DNA of 64,000 bases from assembly GCA_023410715.1 (NCBI GenBank), contig JAEYPN010000014.1, positions 21,032 through 85,031 on the forward strand. The letters run 5' to 3'. The stretch comes from Bacillota bacterium (GTDB lineage Bacteria; Bacillota_I; Bacilli_A; Izemoplasmatales; UBA1188). Positions 18,705 through 29,273 of this stretch are shown here, in pieces. Below the pieces are notes generated by a model that was not told where the DNA came from, did no database searches, and worked only from the letters and a program-made list of their open reading frames with translations. Both the position numbers and the translations under genes were made by a program. Each line of letters starts with the position of its first letter. Within the stretch, counting starts at the first letter, position 1.

Positions 18705-18740
18705 AGAGTTACTATTTTAGTTAGCTAAGATGGTAACTCT
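18705..18740 (+). other. Intercistronic stem-loop after the binding-protein gene
   Basis: AGAGTTAC (18705-18712) pairs with GTAACTCT (18733-18740). No strong T-run follows. Confidence 0.4.
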
Positions 18741-18760
18741 TATCTTAGTGAGAGGTTAAA

Positions 18761-21241
18761 ATGAAGAAAATATTACTAATTTTTATGTTGATCTTATCAT
18801 TTTCATTAGTTGCTTGTAAGACGACTACTACAAATGTTAAAAGTACTAATAGCAGTTTAAATACAACATCTAGCATGACAAAAAAGAGTGAAACAACAAA
18901 AGAGAATACAACTCTTACCTCATCTTTGGAAGAAATCATTAGAAATAATGAGATATATGATGGAAGAGATTTATCTGAAATATTAGGTATAACTCATGTA
19001 AGTGGTAGGTATTATCTCACTAAAAAAGATTTTTTAAATGAAGGCGTTGATCAAATCGAAGCTTTAGGTGTTAAAACTGTTAAACTTTGGTTAAGTAGAA
19101 CACCTGGCGATTCTTACTTTTTTAATTCAAAATGGCCAACTGCTGGTAAAACAAACATTGCAATTGATAGTAAATATCCAGATAATTGGAACCTCTTAGA
19201 TGAGTATAAAGATAAAAACTTTTATTCTTTAATTGATATGCTCAAGATATCTTATTTTCAAGATGCTTTATCAAAAGATAGAAGTTTTACGACTTACGTA
19301 TTTGAAACAATGGAATTCATTACACCAAACTGGAAAAACGGCTTTACAACTGAAGAGGTTGAAGCTGTTAAAAAAGAATTGAGAGATTTTACAGTTTATT
19401 TAATGACCTCACAAAAAGGTACTGGTCGCACTTTCTTGCTTCAAAACTGGGAAGGCGATAATGCTTTAAATATGGATGAAATTACTGACTATAATGCAGG
19501 AACGACTGCGATTGAGGGCATGATTGCCTGGATGAACGCAAGACAAGATGGGATTAATGAAGGTAAAAATTATGTTTTATCAATGGACCCAGAAAACGAT
19601 GTTAAAGTATATGGCGTTCTTGAAATGAACCAAGTTAACGACTATAATTCAAGTGTTGAACAGTTTAAGTATCGGACAGTAGTTGATTATGTTGTTCCAT
19701 ACACACATATGGATTTATATTCTTTATCAACATGGGGAAGTAGACTTCCTGGTGAGGAAAAATCACTTTTAGGTAAACTTGACCATATTGCTGATAAAGC
19801 ACCAGATAGTGAAGCTTTTGGTGACAAAAATGTGATGCTTGGAGAGTTTGGTGCTTATCAATCGACTTATGAGAAGGCTTCAAACAATTATTCTCAGTAT
19901 TTAGGTGATTCAGCCGCAGGACAATATATGGCAAATCGTAAGCAAATTGAGTATGCCTTAGAGTGGGGTATTCAGTATGTGCTTTATTGGGAATTATATT
20001 GTAATGGCTATAAGAATAATATTGATTGTAGAAAAGCAGAACTTGGTTGTCATGTTATAGATGATTCAGGACAGCTGGTTGCTGACTATGAATCGCTTGA
20101 AGGTGTATGGTTGATTGATTCAAATGGAGACTATACCCCAACATATTATTACTTTAGAAATTTATTTAAAAAAGAATATATTTCCGATGAATTAAAGGAT
20201 GCATCAAACGTTTATGGATATTCTTCTGGTTTAACATTTGTTAAATCATATAGCTATACAACTTTAGATGATTCATTTGTTATTAATAAAGGAAGTAAAA
20301 CGGAATCATTAATCTATAAAGTTAATGGAAGAATCATGGAAGCCTCAGCAAAAGTATTTTACTCAAAAGAGATAAAAAATAGAATTAGATTTTATGTTTC
20401 TAAAAATAACGTGGATTATATAGAGGTTAAAACAAAATTTGTTGCATCACCTTATGATGAGTATGGTGTTTTATCAGGATATATAATGCTTGATGAGGAA
20501 ATTTTAGAGGATTATGTTTATCTAAAAATTGAAATCGATGGTAAAACAAGCGATGATTTCCAAGTAGGTGGAGTTGTAGCTAGTGGAGTTTCTTTTGAAT
20601 TTCAAGACGACATAAGTGGCTTTAAAACATTAGAATTAAATGGTTCTAAGACAATTACGCTTGATAAACAAGAATCTAAAATATTGAGTTACCGTTTTGA
20701 CCGAGTTAAAAACTTAACTTTAGGTTTATATGTTAAAACAAATGATATTTCTTCTTTTGATGTTAATAACTATTTAACTATTGCCTCAGTAAATGACACA
20801 AAAGTAGAAGAATTATTAATTAATATATCAAGTATAAAAATTAAAAATGATTTATATTACGTAACAGTAAAGATGACCGAGTTACCAGAAAAGTTTTCAG
20901 AATATATTGAAATTGAAGTAAATGAATCATGTTTTGAAAAGGTATATTTAGATTATTTAATCTTATCTAATGAATTTATTAGAAAGATTGAGCTTACTGG
21001 TATTTCTCAAAACGATTGTTTTGAAGAAGTAGAAATTGCCTTAAATTGGTATAAACCTAAATCAATTGATAAAAAATTTGGAATCGGTAGTACAATTACG
21101 AATTTTGATATTACTAAAAAAATTGATTTTTTATTAAATGATCCTTATGTTACATACTCATCTAAAGAAATTTCAAATGGAATTATGTATACTTGTGATT
21201 ATGGAACATATAAGAAAACGTTTAAATTTACATCAAAATAA
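18761..21241 (+). CDS. Surface lipoprotein: clan-GH-A-like catalytic-type domain plus ~350-aa C-terminal beta-rich region
   Basis: Lipobox LVAC and a T/S-rich linker. Motifs LQNWEGDN, MLGEFGAY and YWELYCNG are collinear with 12294-13277. Confidence 0.6.
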   Translation: MKKILLIFMLILSFSLVACKTTTTNVKSTNSSLNTTSSMTKKSETTKENTTLTSSLEEIIRNNEIYDGRDLSEILGITHVSGRYYLTKKDFLNEGVDQIEALGVKTVKLWLSRTPGDSYFFNSKWPTAGKTNIAIDSKYPDNWNLLDEYKDKNFYSLIDMLKISYFQDALSKDRSFTTYVFETMEFITPNWKNGFTTEEVEAVKKELRDFTVYLMTSQKGTGRTFLLQNWEGDNALNMDEITDYNAGTTAIEGMIAWMNARQDGINEGKNYVLSMDPENDVKVYGVLEMNQVNDYNSSVEQFKYRTVVDYVVPYTHMDLYSLSTWGSRLPGEEKSLLGKLDHIADKAPDSEAFGDKNVMLGEFGAYQSTYEKASNNYSQYLGDSAAGQYMANRKQIEYALEWGIQYVLYWELYCNGYKNNIDCRKAELGCHVIDDSGQLVADYESLEGVWLIDSNGDYTPTYYYFRNLFKKEYISDELKDASNVYGYSSGLTFVKSYSYTTLDDSFVINKGSKTESLIYKVNGRIMEASAKVFYSKEIKNRIRFYVSKNNVDYIEVKTKFVASPYDEYGVLSGYIMLDEEILEDYVYLKIEIDGKTSDDFQVGGVVASGVSFEFQDDISGFKTLELNGSKTITLDKQESKILSYRFDRVKNLTLGLYVKTNDISSFDVNNYLTIASVNDTKVEELLINISSIKIKNDLYYVTVKMTELPEKFSEYIEIEVNESCFEKVYLDYLILSNEFIRKIELTGISQNDCFEEVEIALNWYKPKSIDKKFGIGSTITNFDITKKIDFLLNDPYVTYSSKEISNGIMYTCDYGTYKKTFKFTSK

Positions 21242-21254
21242 AGAGGGTAAAATC

Positions 21255-22640
21255 ATGAAAAATTACGATGTAGTTATAGTTGGTGGAGGTATTTCTGGCG
21301 TTATGGCGGGAGTTCAAGCAGCGCTAGAAAACGCGAAAACCTTAATAATTGAAAGATTTAGTTCGCTTGGTGGAATGCTTACAAATGGTGGCGTAAATCC
21401 TATGATGACATTTCATGCTGGCGAAAAACAAGTTGTCCAAGGATTACCAGAAGAATTAATTAAAAGATTAGTTAAAAGAGGTAAATCAGTTGGTCATGTT
21501 TTTGACACTACTACTTATACCTACACAGTAACTCCTTTTGACCCTGAAGGAATGAAACAAGAATTAGAAATGATGGCTTTAGAAGCTGGTTGTGATATTT
21601 TATATAATACGATGCTTTTAAAGACGTTTGTTTCAGAAAAAAAACTAACAAAAATTCAAGTATTAAATAAAAGTGGTATCACAGACATTTATTCCAAAGT
21701 GTTTATTGACGCTACTGGAGATGCGGATTTATCTTATCAAGCTGGGGTTAAAACCCAGCTTGGTAGAGTTAGTGATAATAAAATGCAACCACTAACTATG
21801 AATATGCGAATGGCTAATGTTGATATTGATCAACTTAGAAACTATATAAAAACACATTTAGAACGTTTCCCTAAATATAATAATGATCCAAGTATAATTG
21901 ATAAAGCTTGTAAATTATCATTTAGCGGGTTTGAAAAAGAAATAAATCAAGCGATTGTAGATAAAAGGTTATCGTTCTTAAGAGAGTGCGTCTTGTTATT
22001 TGAAACAAATAATAAAAATGAAATTAATGTAAACATATCTAGAGTTAAAGATATTGATGCAACAAAGGAAGAAGAAATTACAAAAGCAATAATTGAAGGA
22101 AGAAAACAAGTAAGAGAAATAGAAGCTTTTTTAAAACAAGATATTCCTGGTTTCAAAGATAGTTATCTATTATCAAGTGGCCCAACAATTGGGGTAAGAA
22201 GCTCACGTCAAATAATTGGTGTTCATGTTTTAAATGAAAATGAACTACTAAAGCAGGATAGGTTTTATGATGTTATCTGCCATGGAGGCTATCCAATTGA
22301 CGTTCATCCTCCAGAGGGACATGATAAGTTTGTCGACTGGTCGAAAGTTAAAAGACATTTAAACTATGGGGAATATTATAGCGTTCCATATCGTTCAATA
22401 ATCAATAACGATGTAGAAAATATTATTACGGTTGGTAGATGCATATCCGCGACTTTTGAAGCTCAAGGGGCAATTCGCGTATCACCTATTAGCGCAGCGA
22501 TTGGTGAAGCTGGTGGTGCAGCCGCATCACTTATGGTTAAGTATAACCTAGAAAGAACAACTGATGTTAACTATAAAGAACTCCAAAAAGTATTAATCAA
22601 ATATAAAGCTTATTTAGAGGTGGAAGAAAATGACATATAA
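21255..22640 (+). CDS. FAD-dependent oxidoreductase (FAD_oxidored/GIDA-like fold), paralogue 1
   Basis: The ATG at 21255 follows AAGAGGG; the ORF-track extension back to 21138 overlaps the upstream gene. YDVVIVGGGISGVMAG dinucleotide motif. C-terminal GRCIS..QGAIRVSPISAAIGEAGGAAAS. Confidence 0.85.
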   Translation: MKNYDVVIVGGGISGVMAGVQAALENAKTLIIERFSSLGGMLTNGGVNPMMTFHAGEKQVVQGLPEELIKRLVKRGKSVGHVFDTTTYTYTVTPFDPEGMKQELEMMALEAGCDILYNTMLLKTFVSEKKLTKIQVLNKSGITDIYSKVFIDATGDADLSYQAGVKTQLGRVSDNKMQPLTMNMRMANVDIDQLRNYIKTHLERFPKYNNDPSIIDKACKLSFSGFEKEINQAIVDKRLSFLRECVLLFETNNKNEINVNISRVKDIDATKEEEITKAIIEGRKQVREIEAFLKQDIPGFKDSYLLSSGPTIGVRSSRQIIGVHVLNENELLKQDRFYDVICHGGYPIDVHPPEGHDKFVDWSKVKRHLNYGEYYSVPYRSIINNDVENIITVGRCISATFEAQGAIRVSPISAAIGEAGGAAASLMVKYNLERTTDVNYKELQKVLIKYKAYLEVEENDI

Positions 22641-23988
22641 TAAAAAGATTGAAGTAAACAAAAATTATGACGTAATTGTTGTCGGTGGGGGAACATCAGG
22701 TGTTATCGCAGCTATATCAGCAGCTAAAGAAGGTATGAAGGTTTTAATTCTTGAAGAATTATCATCTCTTGGTGGTACACAAACTAATGCGCTTGTAACT
22801 CCAATCATGGGTGCAAGAGTAAATGGTGCGACAGCTCATGGCAGTATTTCTTATGAAATCAATGAAATGTATCAAGAAATTGATGGACATTTATCAGATT
22901 CATCAACAAGCTTAACTTATTTTTTCCCAATGACAATGAAAATTGTCTATGCAAGAATCATTGAAAAATATGGAATTGATGTTTTGTACAATGCAAAATT
23001 TGTTGACGCAATAAAAAAAGATGATGAGATTGATTATTTAGTCGTAGCGTTAAAACTTGGATTACAAGGTTTTAAGGCACAAGCTTATATTGATACAACA
23101 GGTGATGCTTTAGTAGCTTTATCATTAGGTGCTGCAAACGTCATGGTTTATGAAGAAACCGGTCGTAATCAAGCTGTATCATTAAGATTTGAATTAAATA
23201 ATGTTGACTTAGATAAAACAGGAAAAATGATGGAAGAGTTAGGGCAACCATATAGACTTAAATATCCATTCTTAAGTTTAGGACGTCAATATATTGCGCC
23301 ACTTCTAGAAGAAGGCGTAAAAAATGGCGATTTATTACCTTTAGATTTATCTCATTTTCAAGCTTTCTCTATGCCTGGAAAAGTTAATACTTTATGTTTT
23401 AACTGTCCTGAATTAGGTGTGTTAGATAATGTTTTTGATGATTTTGAAATGTCAAAAAAAGTTAATTATGGTTATGAAGCAGTTTTAAGAATGGCAACAT
23501 TTGTTCGTAAATATTTTAAAGGTTGCGAAGATGCGACTGTGTCTAATATTGCTTCAATGGTTGGGGTTAGACAAAGTGTAGCGTTAGATGCATTATATAC
23601 ATTGACCATTGAAGAAGTATTTGCCTATAAAAAGTTTAATGATGGTATAGCATTTTCAAACTATCCAGTAGATATTCATGGCGCTAAAGAAATGAAACTA
23701 GAATATGATTTAAGTCTTCCTATTTCAGAAAGATATTATGAGATTCCTTTTAGAACTTTAATTCCTAAGACTATTAATAACTTAATTGTTGCTGGTCGTT
23801 CAAGTGGATTTGATTTTGGAGCTCAATCATCAGCTCGTGTTCAACACACTTGTCGTGCAATGGGAGAAGCAGCAGGAATCGGGGCATCATTAATGGTTAA
23901 AAACAATCTTAACAATAAAGAAATTAATGGTGAAGAGGTTAGAAAAATTATTTTAACAAGAGGAGGCGATTTTCCTGAAAACGCATAG
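22630..23988 (+). CDS. FAD-dependent oxidoreductase, paralogue 2
   Basis: YDVIVVGGGTSGVIAA; C-terminal GRSSG..SSARVQHTCRAMGEAAGIGAS. 11-nt overlap with paralogue 1. Confidence 0.85.
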   Translation: MTYNKKIEVNKNYDVIVVGGGTSGVIAAISAAKEGMKVLILEELSSLGGTQTNALVTPIMGARVNGATAHGSISYEINEMYQEIDGHLSDSSTSLTYFFPMTMKIVYARIIEKYGIDVLYNAKFVDAIKKDDEIDYLVVALKLGLQGFKAQAYIDTTGDALVALSLGAANVMVYEETGRNQAVSLRFELNNVDLDKTGKMMEELGQPYRLKYPFLSLGRQYIAPLLEEGVKNGDLLPLDLSHFQAFSMPGKVNTLCFNCPELGVLDNVFDDFEMSKKVNYGYEAVLRMATFVRKYFKGCEDATVSNIASMVGVRQSVALDALYTLTIEEVFAYKKFNDGIAFSNYPVDIHGAKEMKLEYDLSLPISERYYEIPFRTLIPKTINNLIVAGRSSGFDFGAQSSARVQHTCRAMGEAAGIGASLMVKNNLNNKEINGEEVRKIILTRGGDFPENA

Positions 23989-25309
23989 TATCAACCGCGA
24001 GGTTAATTTAAACGAAGAGTATGAAGTAATTGTAGTCGGCGGTGGACCATCAGGGGTCGCTGCATCCATATCTTGTGCAAGACAAGGAAAAAAAGTTTTG
24101 CTTATTGAAGCATCAGGCTCTTTAGGTGGAATGGCCACAATTGGCCTAGTTCCTGCTTGGTGTCCTTTTTCTGACAAAGAAAAAATTATTTATAAAAGTA
24201 TTGCTGAAGAAATTTTTAACTTGGCTAAAGAAGGAGTTCCTTTCGTTGATCCAAAACGTCTTGACTGGGTACCAATTAATAAGGAACAGTTTAAACTTGT
24301 TTGTGATAAATTAGTCATGAATAGTAACGTTGATGTATTATTTAATACATTTGTTACTGGTGTTGACTTAACTGATGAAAGAAATATTGATTGCTTATAC
24401 ACTGCATCAAAAAAAGGTCTAGAAGCATATAAAGCTAAAGTATACGTTGATGCTTCCGCTGATGCTGACTTAGTATATTTTGCTGGTGGTTCTTTCTTGA
24501 AAAATGAAGGAAATCAATCAGCTACTCATTGTTTTATCTTAAGTAATATTGACATAGAAGCATATAAAGCTTATGGCATAATGCATAATGACAATAAAAA
24601 TTGTTTTATTCATGATATTGTTAAAGATCCTAAGTATCCCAACATTGATTCAAGTCATTTCTGCAACAACATCATTGGTCCTGGTACACTTGGGTTTAAT
24701 GCTGGACATATTCTAGAGGTTAATCCGCTAGACCCTAAATCTATTTCTAAAGCCTTAATGGAAGGACGTATTAAAGCGCATGAGTATTCAATGGCTTTAA
24801 AAGAATACTATCCTCAAGCTTTTAAAGATAATTATTTAGTCGAGACCGCTCCAGCACTTGGTATTAGAGATTCAAGAAGAATCGAAGGAGATTATGTTCT
24901 AACAGTTGAGGATTATGAAGCTAGAAGAACATTTGAAGATGAAATAGGTCGTAATTCATATTATATCGACATTCATAGAACCGTTAAGGAAATGGAACTT
25001 GAAAAAGAAGGCTTAATTCCTAAACCATATGAAGAGGTTCATCGATATGGTAAAGGCGAATCACACGGTATTCCTTATCGTTCACTTGTACCAAAAAGTC
25101 TAGATAACGTTGTTGTATGTGGTAGATCAATTTCTACCGATCGCGCTGTTCAAGGTTCTGTAAGAGTTATGCCAACATGCTTTGTAACCGGAGAAGCTGC
25201 TGGATTAGCTGCCGCAGTAGCGCTTGAAAATGAAAGTATTAATATGCATAAAATTGATGTAGAAAAACTAAGAAAAATCTTGATAGAACGTGGAGCGTAT
25301 ATCAAGTAG
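23975..25309 (+). CDS. FAD-dependent oxidoreductase, paralogue 3 (probable non-canonical CTG start)
   Basis: The ORF track starts at TTG 24098, which removes the YEVIVVGGGPSGVAAS dinucleotide motif encoded at 24020-24067 in the same frame. The frame is open from 23957 and contains no ATG, GTG or TTG. CTG at 23975 lies 8 nt after AGGAGG (23961-23966). Confidence 0.7.
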   Translation: MKTHSINREVNLNEEYEVIVVGGGPSGVAASISCARQGKKVLLIEASGSLGGMATIGLVPAWCPFSDKEKIIYKSIAEEIFNLAKEGVPFVDPKRLDWVPINKEQFKLVCDKLVMNSNVDVLFNTFVTGVDLTDERNIDCLYTASKKGLEAYKAKVYVDASADADLVYFAGGSFLKNEGNQSATHCFILSNIDIEAYKAYGIMHNDNKNCFIHDIVKDPKYPNIDSSHFCNNIIGPGTLGFNAGHILEVNPLDPKSISKALMEGRIKAHEYSMALKEYYPQAFKDNYLVETAPALGIRDSRRIEGDYVLTVEDYEARRTFEDEIGRNSYYIDIHRTVKEMELEKEGLIPKPYEEVHRYGKGESHGIPYRSLVPKSLDNVVVCGRSISTDRAVQGSVRVMPTCFVTGEAAGLAAAVALENESINMHKIDVEKLRKILIERGAYIK

Positions 25310-25318
25310 GAGGTAAAT

Positions 25319-28318
25319 ATGAAATCCTTTATTCACAAACATAAAAAGATTACATCCTGGTTATGTGTTGTGCTTGCGTTGACTTTATTTTTTATCGTTA
25401 GAGGTCTTGTGGCCAAAGAAAAAGTTGATGAGTTATCATATCATACGCCATATTACAAAAACGATAATATTTTGGAACCAAGTTATAGTGAATATTTGCG
25501 AAGCTTAACGTCAAAAGCTTCTGGAACAACAAATAAAACAGTTAATTATAAAGACTTTGTGTTTAATAATAATCTAGAAGTTATTGACGATGAAGCAGTT
25601 AAAATAAATAACAAAGAACAACTTAAGGTAAAGTTTTCTAATTATCAGGCAGGAATGTATAATCTATCTATAAATTTCATGTATGATGGTAATGATATTT
25701 TACCTATCAAACTTGCAATTTTAGTTAATGGCGAATATCTATATTATGAATTAAGATCAGTTAATCTACCAATTAAATGGCAGGTTAAGGATTCATATAA
25801 AAAGATAGGTGCTATTCAAAATGAATTTAATTTTTCAAGTGACCGTTATGGGAATGACCTACAACCAAACACCGAAATTATTAGTGAATTTAAGGATACT
25901 TATGTTTATGATAGTAGCTATTACCATATTAATCCTTTAATGTTTTATTTAGATGGTGAAGAAATTGAATTTACTATTAAATCACTATCAGATAACATTA
26001 TTATAAAAGATATTAGTATTCTAAAGCCTATTGAAACTATTTCTTATTCAGAGTATAAAGAAAACCAAAGCAATGTTGAATTAGCTAAAAATACTATTAC
26101 TCTTGAATCAGAATATTATTCATATAAGAGTGATCCATCAACAAAGCTTTCAAGTGATACTAATGCTAATTCAACTCCATATAAAACAAGTAAAAAATTC
26201 CTAAATTCCATTGATTCAGCAACCTTCAATTCACCAGGACAAAGCATTTCTTGGGAATTTAATGTGCCAGAATCAGGTTATTATTATTTAACATTTAAGT
26301 ACATTCAAAATACAAATTTAGATATGCCAGCATTTAGAGAAATATTAGTGGATGATGAGTTATTGTTTAAAGAACTTCAGGATTATTCTTTTCAATACAC
26401 AAGCAATTGGAAAAATGAAACCATTAATATTGATGGCGAAAATGTAGCTTTTTATTTTTCTAAAGGAACCCACAGCATTAGTTTAAGAGTTAGTATAGAA
26501 AAATATAGGGAAGTTATTGAGTCTTTACAAAGTGTAATTAGGGATATTAATGATTTAGCTTTAGATATAAAAAAATATACCGCAGGTACTTCAACTGATG
26601 CGGACAGAGATTATTCAATGCTTGATGTAATTCCTGATTTAGTGGAACAATTAACGAAAATGAGGAATACCATTGATAATGCTTATCGTTATGCTAATTC
26701 ATTAAATGATAGCGAGTATGTATCAACAGATTTAAATAGCTTAAAGTTATCAATTGAAACACTAGATGAATTTATTGAAGATCCTAACACAATTGCTACA
26801 GAATTAAGCAAGTTTTCTGAAGGATCATCTTCTATATCACAATACTTAAGCACTCAAATTTTAGACCTTACAACATCACCACTAGGGTTAGAAAAAATTT
26901 ATTTAAATAATGATAGTAAATTACCAAAAGCCAAAGCTAGTGGTTTTAGAACATTCTTTGAAGAAATTAAGAAATTTTTCTTGTCATTTAAAAACAATGA
27001 ATATAACGATCTAGAAAATGATAGTGAAGCAATTAACGTTTGGGTTAACCGTCCAAGAGTTTATGTTGAGTTAATGCAACAAATGATTGATGAAGGTTTT
27101 ACTAAAGAAACAGGAATTAAAGTAAAACTATCATTAATGCCAAGTACAAATAAACTTGTTCTAGCAAACGCAGCCGGTCGTCAACCAGATCTGGCGATGG
27201 GTGTGGGATCATCAACGACATTTGAATTTGCGTTAAGAGAAGCTGCCGTCGATTTTAGACAGTTTGAAGGTTATGAAGAGATTGTTAAAAACTTTTCAAA
27301 AGGTGTAATGATTCCATACGTTTATAATGATGGCGTTTATGGCTTGCCAGAAGTTCAAAGCTTTTATTTAACATTTTATCGCACCGATATTTTAAATAAA
27401 TTATCACTTGGTGATAGTATTCCAAATACGTGGGATGATGTTAAAGCTATTTTACCGGAGTTACAAAATTATGGTATGAACTATTATATACCACTAGCAT
27501 CAGATACAGCATATAAGAGTTTTTCCTTTACTTTACCTTTCTATTATCAAAATAGAGCAGGCCTTTACTCAGCTGATGGTACAAAGACCGTTATTGATTC
27601 TGAAGAAGGTATTAAGGCAATGAAACTTATGACGGAGTTATTTACAACTTACGCCTTACAAGCACAAGTATCAAGCTTTTACAATCATTTCCGTTATGGA
27701 ACAATTCCAATTGGTATTTCAAGTAACGATACTTATGTTAAGTTATTAATTGCTGCTCCAGAAATCAAAAATAACTGGTCAATTGCTTTATATCCTGGCG
27801 TTCAAGATGAAACAACAGGTGAAATTTTACGCTATGCCCCTGTATCATCTTCAGGTGTAATGATGTTTAAAACTGATCGTGATCAAAATAAAGTATTTGA
27901 ATTTGTTAAATGGTGGTTTAAAACCGAAGTTCAAGAACAATTTGCGTTTGATCTTCAAACTATGTATGGTAAGGAATTTATTTGGTTTACCTCAAATAGA
28001 GAAGCTTTCAAAACTTTATCTATTCCGGAAGAACATAAAGATATTATTTTAAATCAATGGGACTGGGCAGCTGAAGCTCCTAGTGTTCCTGGCTCATATA
28101 TGTTAGAAAGAGAAATCTCAAACTCATGGAACAAAATTGCGTTAAACAACCAAAATATTCGGGATACGCTAGAAACTGCTGTTATAACAGTTAATCGCGA
28201 GTTAGAGCGAAAATTAGAAGAATTTAAATATATTAAAGATGGAATAAAAGTTAAGGACTATATAATTCCAACAGCTGATAATATTGATTATTGGCTGAAG
28301 GAAAGAAAGGGTGATTAA
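25319..28318 (+). CDS. Membrane-anchored 999-aa protein: two CBM-like beta-sandwich modules, a helical linker and a C-terminal ABC sugar-binding (family 1 SBP) domain
   Basis: N-terminal TM anchor [14 protein letters not shown] with no lipobox. The two modules contain [13 protein letters not shown] and [12 protein letters not shown]. The SBP-like part starts at about [31 protein letters not shown]. Confidence 0.75.
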   Translation: MKSFIHKHKKITSWLCVVLALTLFFIVRGLVAKEKVDELSYHTPYYKNDNILEPSYSEYLRSLTSKASGTTNKTVNYKDFVFNNNLEVIDDEAVKINNKEQLKVKFSNYQAGMYNLSINFMYDGNDILPIKLAILVNGEYLYYELRSVNLPIKWQVKDSYKKIGAIQNEFNFSSDRYGNDLQPNTEIISEFKDTYVYDSSYYHINPLMFYLDGEEIEFTIKSLSDNIIIKDISILKPIETISYSEYKENQSNVELAKNTITLESEYYSYKSDPSTKLSSDTNANSTPYKTSKKFLNSIDSATFNSPGQSISWEFNVPESGYYYLTFKYIQNTNLDMPAFREILVDDELLFKELQDYSFQYTSNWKNETINIDGENVAFYFSKGTHSISLRVSIEKYREVIESLQSVIRDINDLALDIKKYTAGTSTDADRDYSMLDVIPDLVEQLTKMRNTIDNAYRYANSLNDSEYVSTDLNSLKLSIETLDEFIEDPNTIATELSKFSEGSSSISQYLSTQILDLTTSPLGLEKIYLNNDSKLPKAKASGFRTFFEEIKKFFLSFKNNEYNDLENDSEAINVWVNRPRVYVELMQQMIDEGFTKETGIKVKLSLMPSTNKLVLANAAGRQPDLAMGVGSSTTFEFALREAAVDFRQFEGYEEIVKNFSKGVMIPYVYNDGVYGLPEVQSFYLTFYRTDILNKLSLGDSIPNTWDDVKAILPELQNYGMNYYIPLASDTAYKSFSFTLPFYYQNRAGLYSADGTKTVIDSEEGIKAMKLMTELFTTYALQAQVSSFYNHFRYGTIPIGISSNDTYVKLLIAAPEIKNNWSIALYPGVQDETTGEILRYAPVSSSGVMMFKTDRDQNKVFEFVKWWFKTEVQEQFAFDLQTMYGKEFIWFTSNREAFKTLSIPEEHKDIILNQWDWAAEAPSVPGSYMLEREISNSWNKIALNNQNIRDTLETAVITVNRELERKLEEFKYIKDGIKVKDYIIPTADNIDYWLKERKGD

Positions 28319-29273
28319 TGTGGAAGATGTAAAACAAACTAATTTTTTCTATAATCTAAAAGAAAAATTGACTAAATCAAAAACATTAAAAGGTGCTTCT
28401 CCTCTTTCAATAATCGCCTTTTTAGGACCATACTATGTTTTATTCTTTATTTTTATTGTTTTAAGTGTTGGGGCTGCCATTTATTTATCATTTACTTATT
28501 TTAATACAATTCAAGTTCCATCATTTGTTGGATTTAAAAACTATGTTAACATCCTAACTAAGGATGCAATATTTATGCAAAATGTTTTACCAAACACGCT
28601 TAAATTTGCTATCTGTGTAGGACCTGGTGGATATTTACTAGGATTCTTCTTAGCATGGAGTTTGGCACAAGTAACTCATAAAATTAGAACCGTTATGGCA
28701 ATTGTTATTTATTCACCATCAATGGTTTCAGGTGTTACAATGGCAGTTATTTGGAAAGTATTTTTTAGTGGTGATGTGACTGGTTATTTAAATAATTTTT
28801 TAATTAATCTAGGGTTGATTGAAAACCCGGTTCAGTGGTTACAGTCAACAAAATATTTAATGCTCATTATGATTATCGTATCTTTATGGGGATCGATGGG
28901 CGTTGGATTCTTAGCGATGTTATCAGGTATTTTGAATATTAATCAGGAAATCTTTGAAGCTGCGTATATTGATGGAATCAAGAACAAAGCTCAAGAAATT
29001 TTCTATGTAACTATTCCTTCAATGAAACCACAGATGTTATTTGGGGCCGTTATGGCGATTGTAAGTACGTTTAAATCCGGGGCCATTGGAGTGCAACTAT
29101 CAGGCTCTAACCCAACGCCACAATATGCTGGACAATTAATTATCAATCATATTGATGATTATGGCTTTATTAGATATGAAATGGGTTATGCCGCTGCCTT
29201 ATCAGTTGTTTTACTTTTAATAATCTTAGTATTTTCTAAAGTAGCAACAAAGTATTTAACAGAAAGGGATTAG
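28311..29273 (+). CDS. Carbohydrate ABC transporter permease (CUT1, MalF/LplB-like)
   Basis: Six TM segments. EAA loop [25 protein letters not shown]. The start is GTG 28311 or GTG 28320. Confidence 0.9.
   Translation: MINVEDVKQTNFFYNLKEKLTKSKTLKGASPLSIIAFLGPYYVLFFIFIVLSVGAAIYLSFTYFNTIQVPSFVGFKNYVNILTKDAIFMQNVLPNTLKFAICVGPGGYLLGFFLAWSLAQVTHKIRTVMAIVIYSPSMVSGVTMAVIWKVFFSGDVTGYLNNFLINLGLIENPVQWLQSTKYLMLIMIIVSLWGSMGVGFLAMLSGILNINQEIFEAAYIDGIKNKAQEIFYVTIPSMKPQMLFGAVMAIVSTFKSGAIGVQLSGSNPTPQYAGQLIINHIDDYGFIRYEMGYAAALSVVLLLIILVFSKVATKYLTERD

Noticed and set aside
21138-21254. N-terminal extensions offered by the ORF track, here and at 45712-45792, 11203-11253, 8335-8364 and 32144-32176
   Set aside because: The extensions overlap the upstream gene or a riboswitch or operator, and they lack an RBS. 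Internal starts with good Shine-Dalgarno spacing give N-termini that match the family (for example MKNYDVVIVGGG).
23957-24100. Possibility that flavoenzyme genes 2 and 3 are one gene split by a frameshift
   Set aside because: Gene 2 already has a complete C-terminus, collinear with its paralogues (..VRKIILTRGGDF.. vs ..LRKILIERGAYIK). Gene 3 has a full N-terminal Rossmann motif of its own. Two separate genes with a non-canonical start explain the data better.
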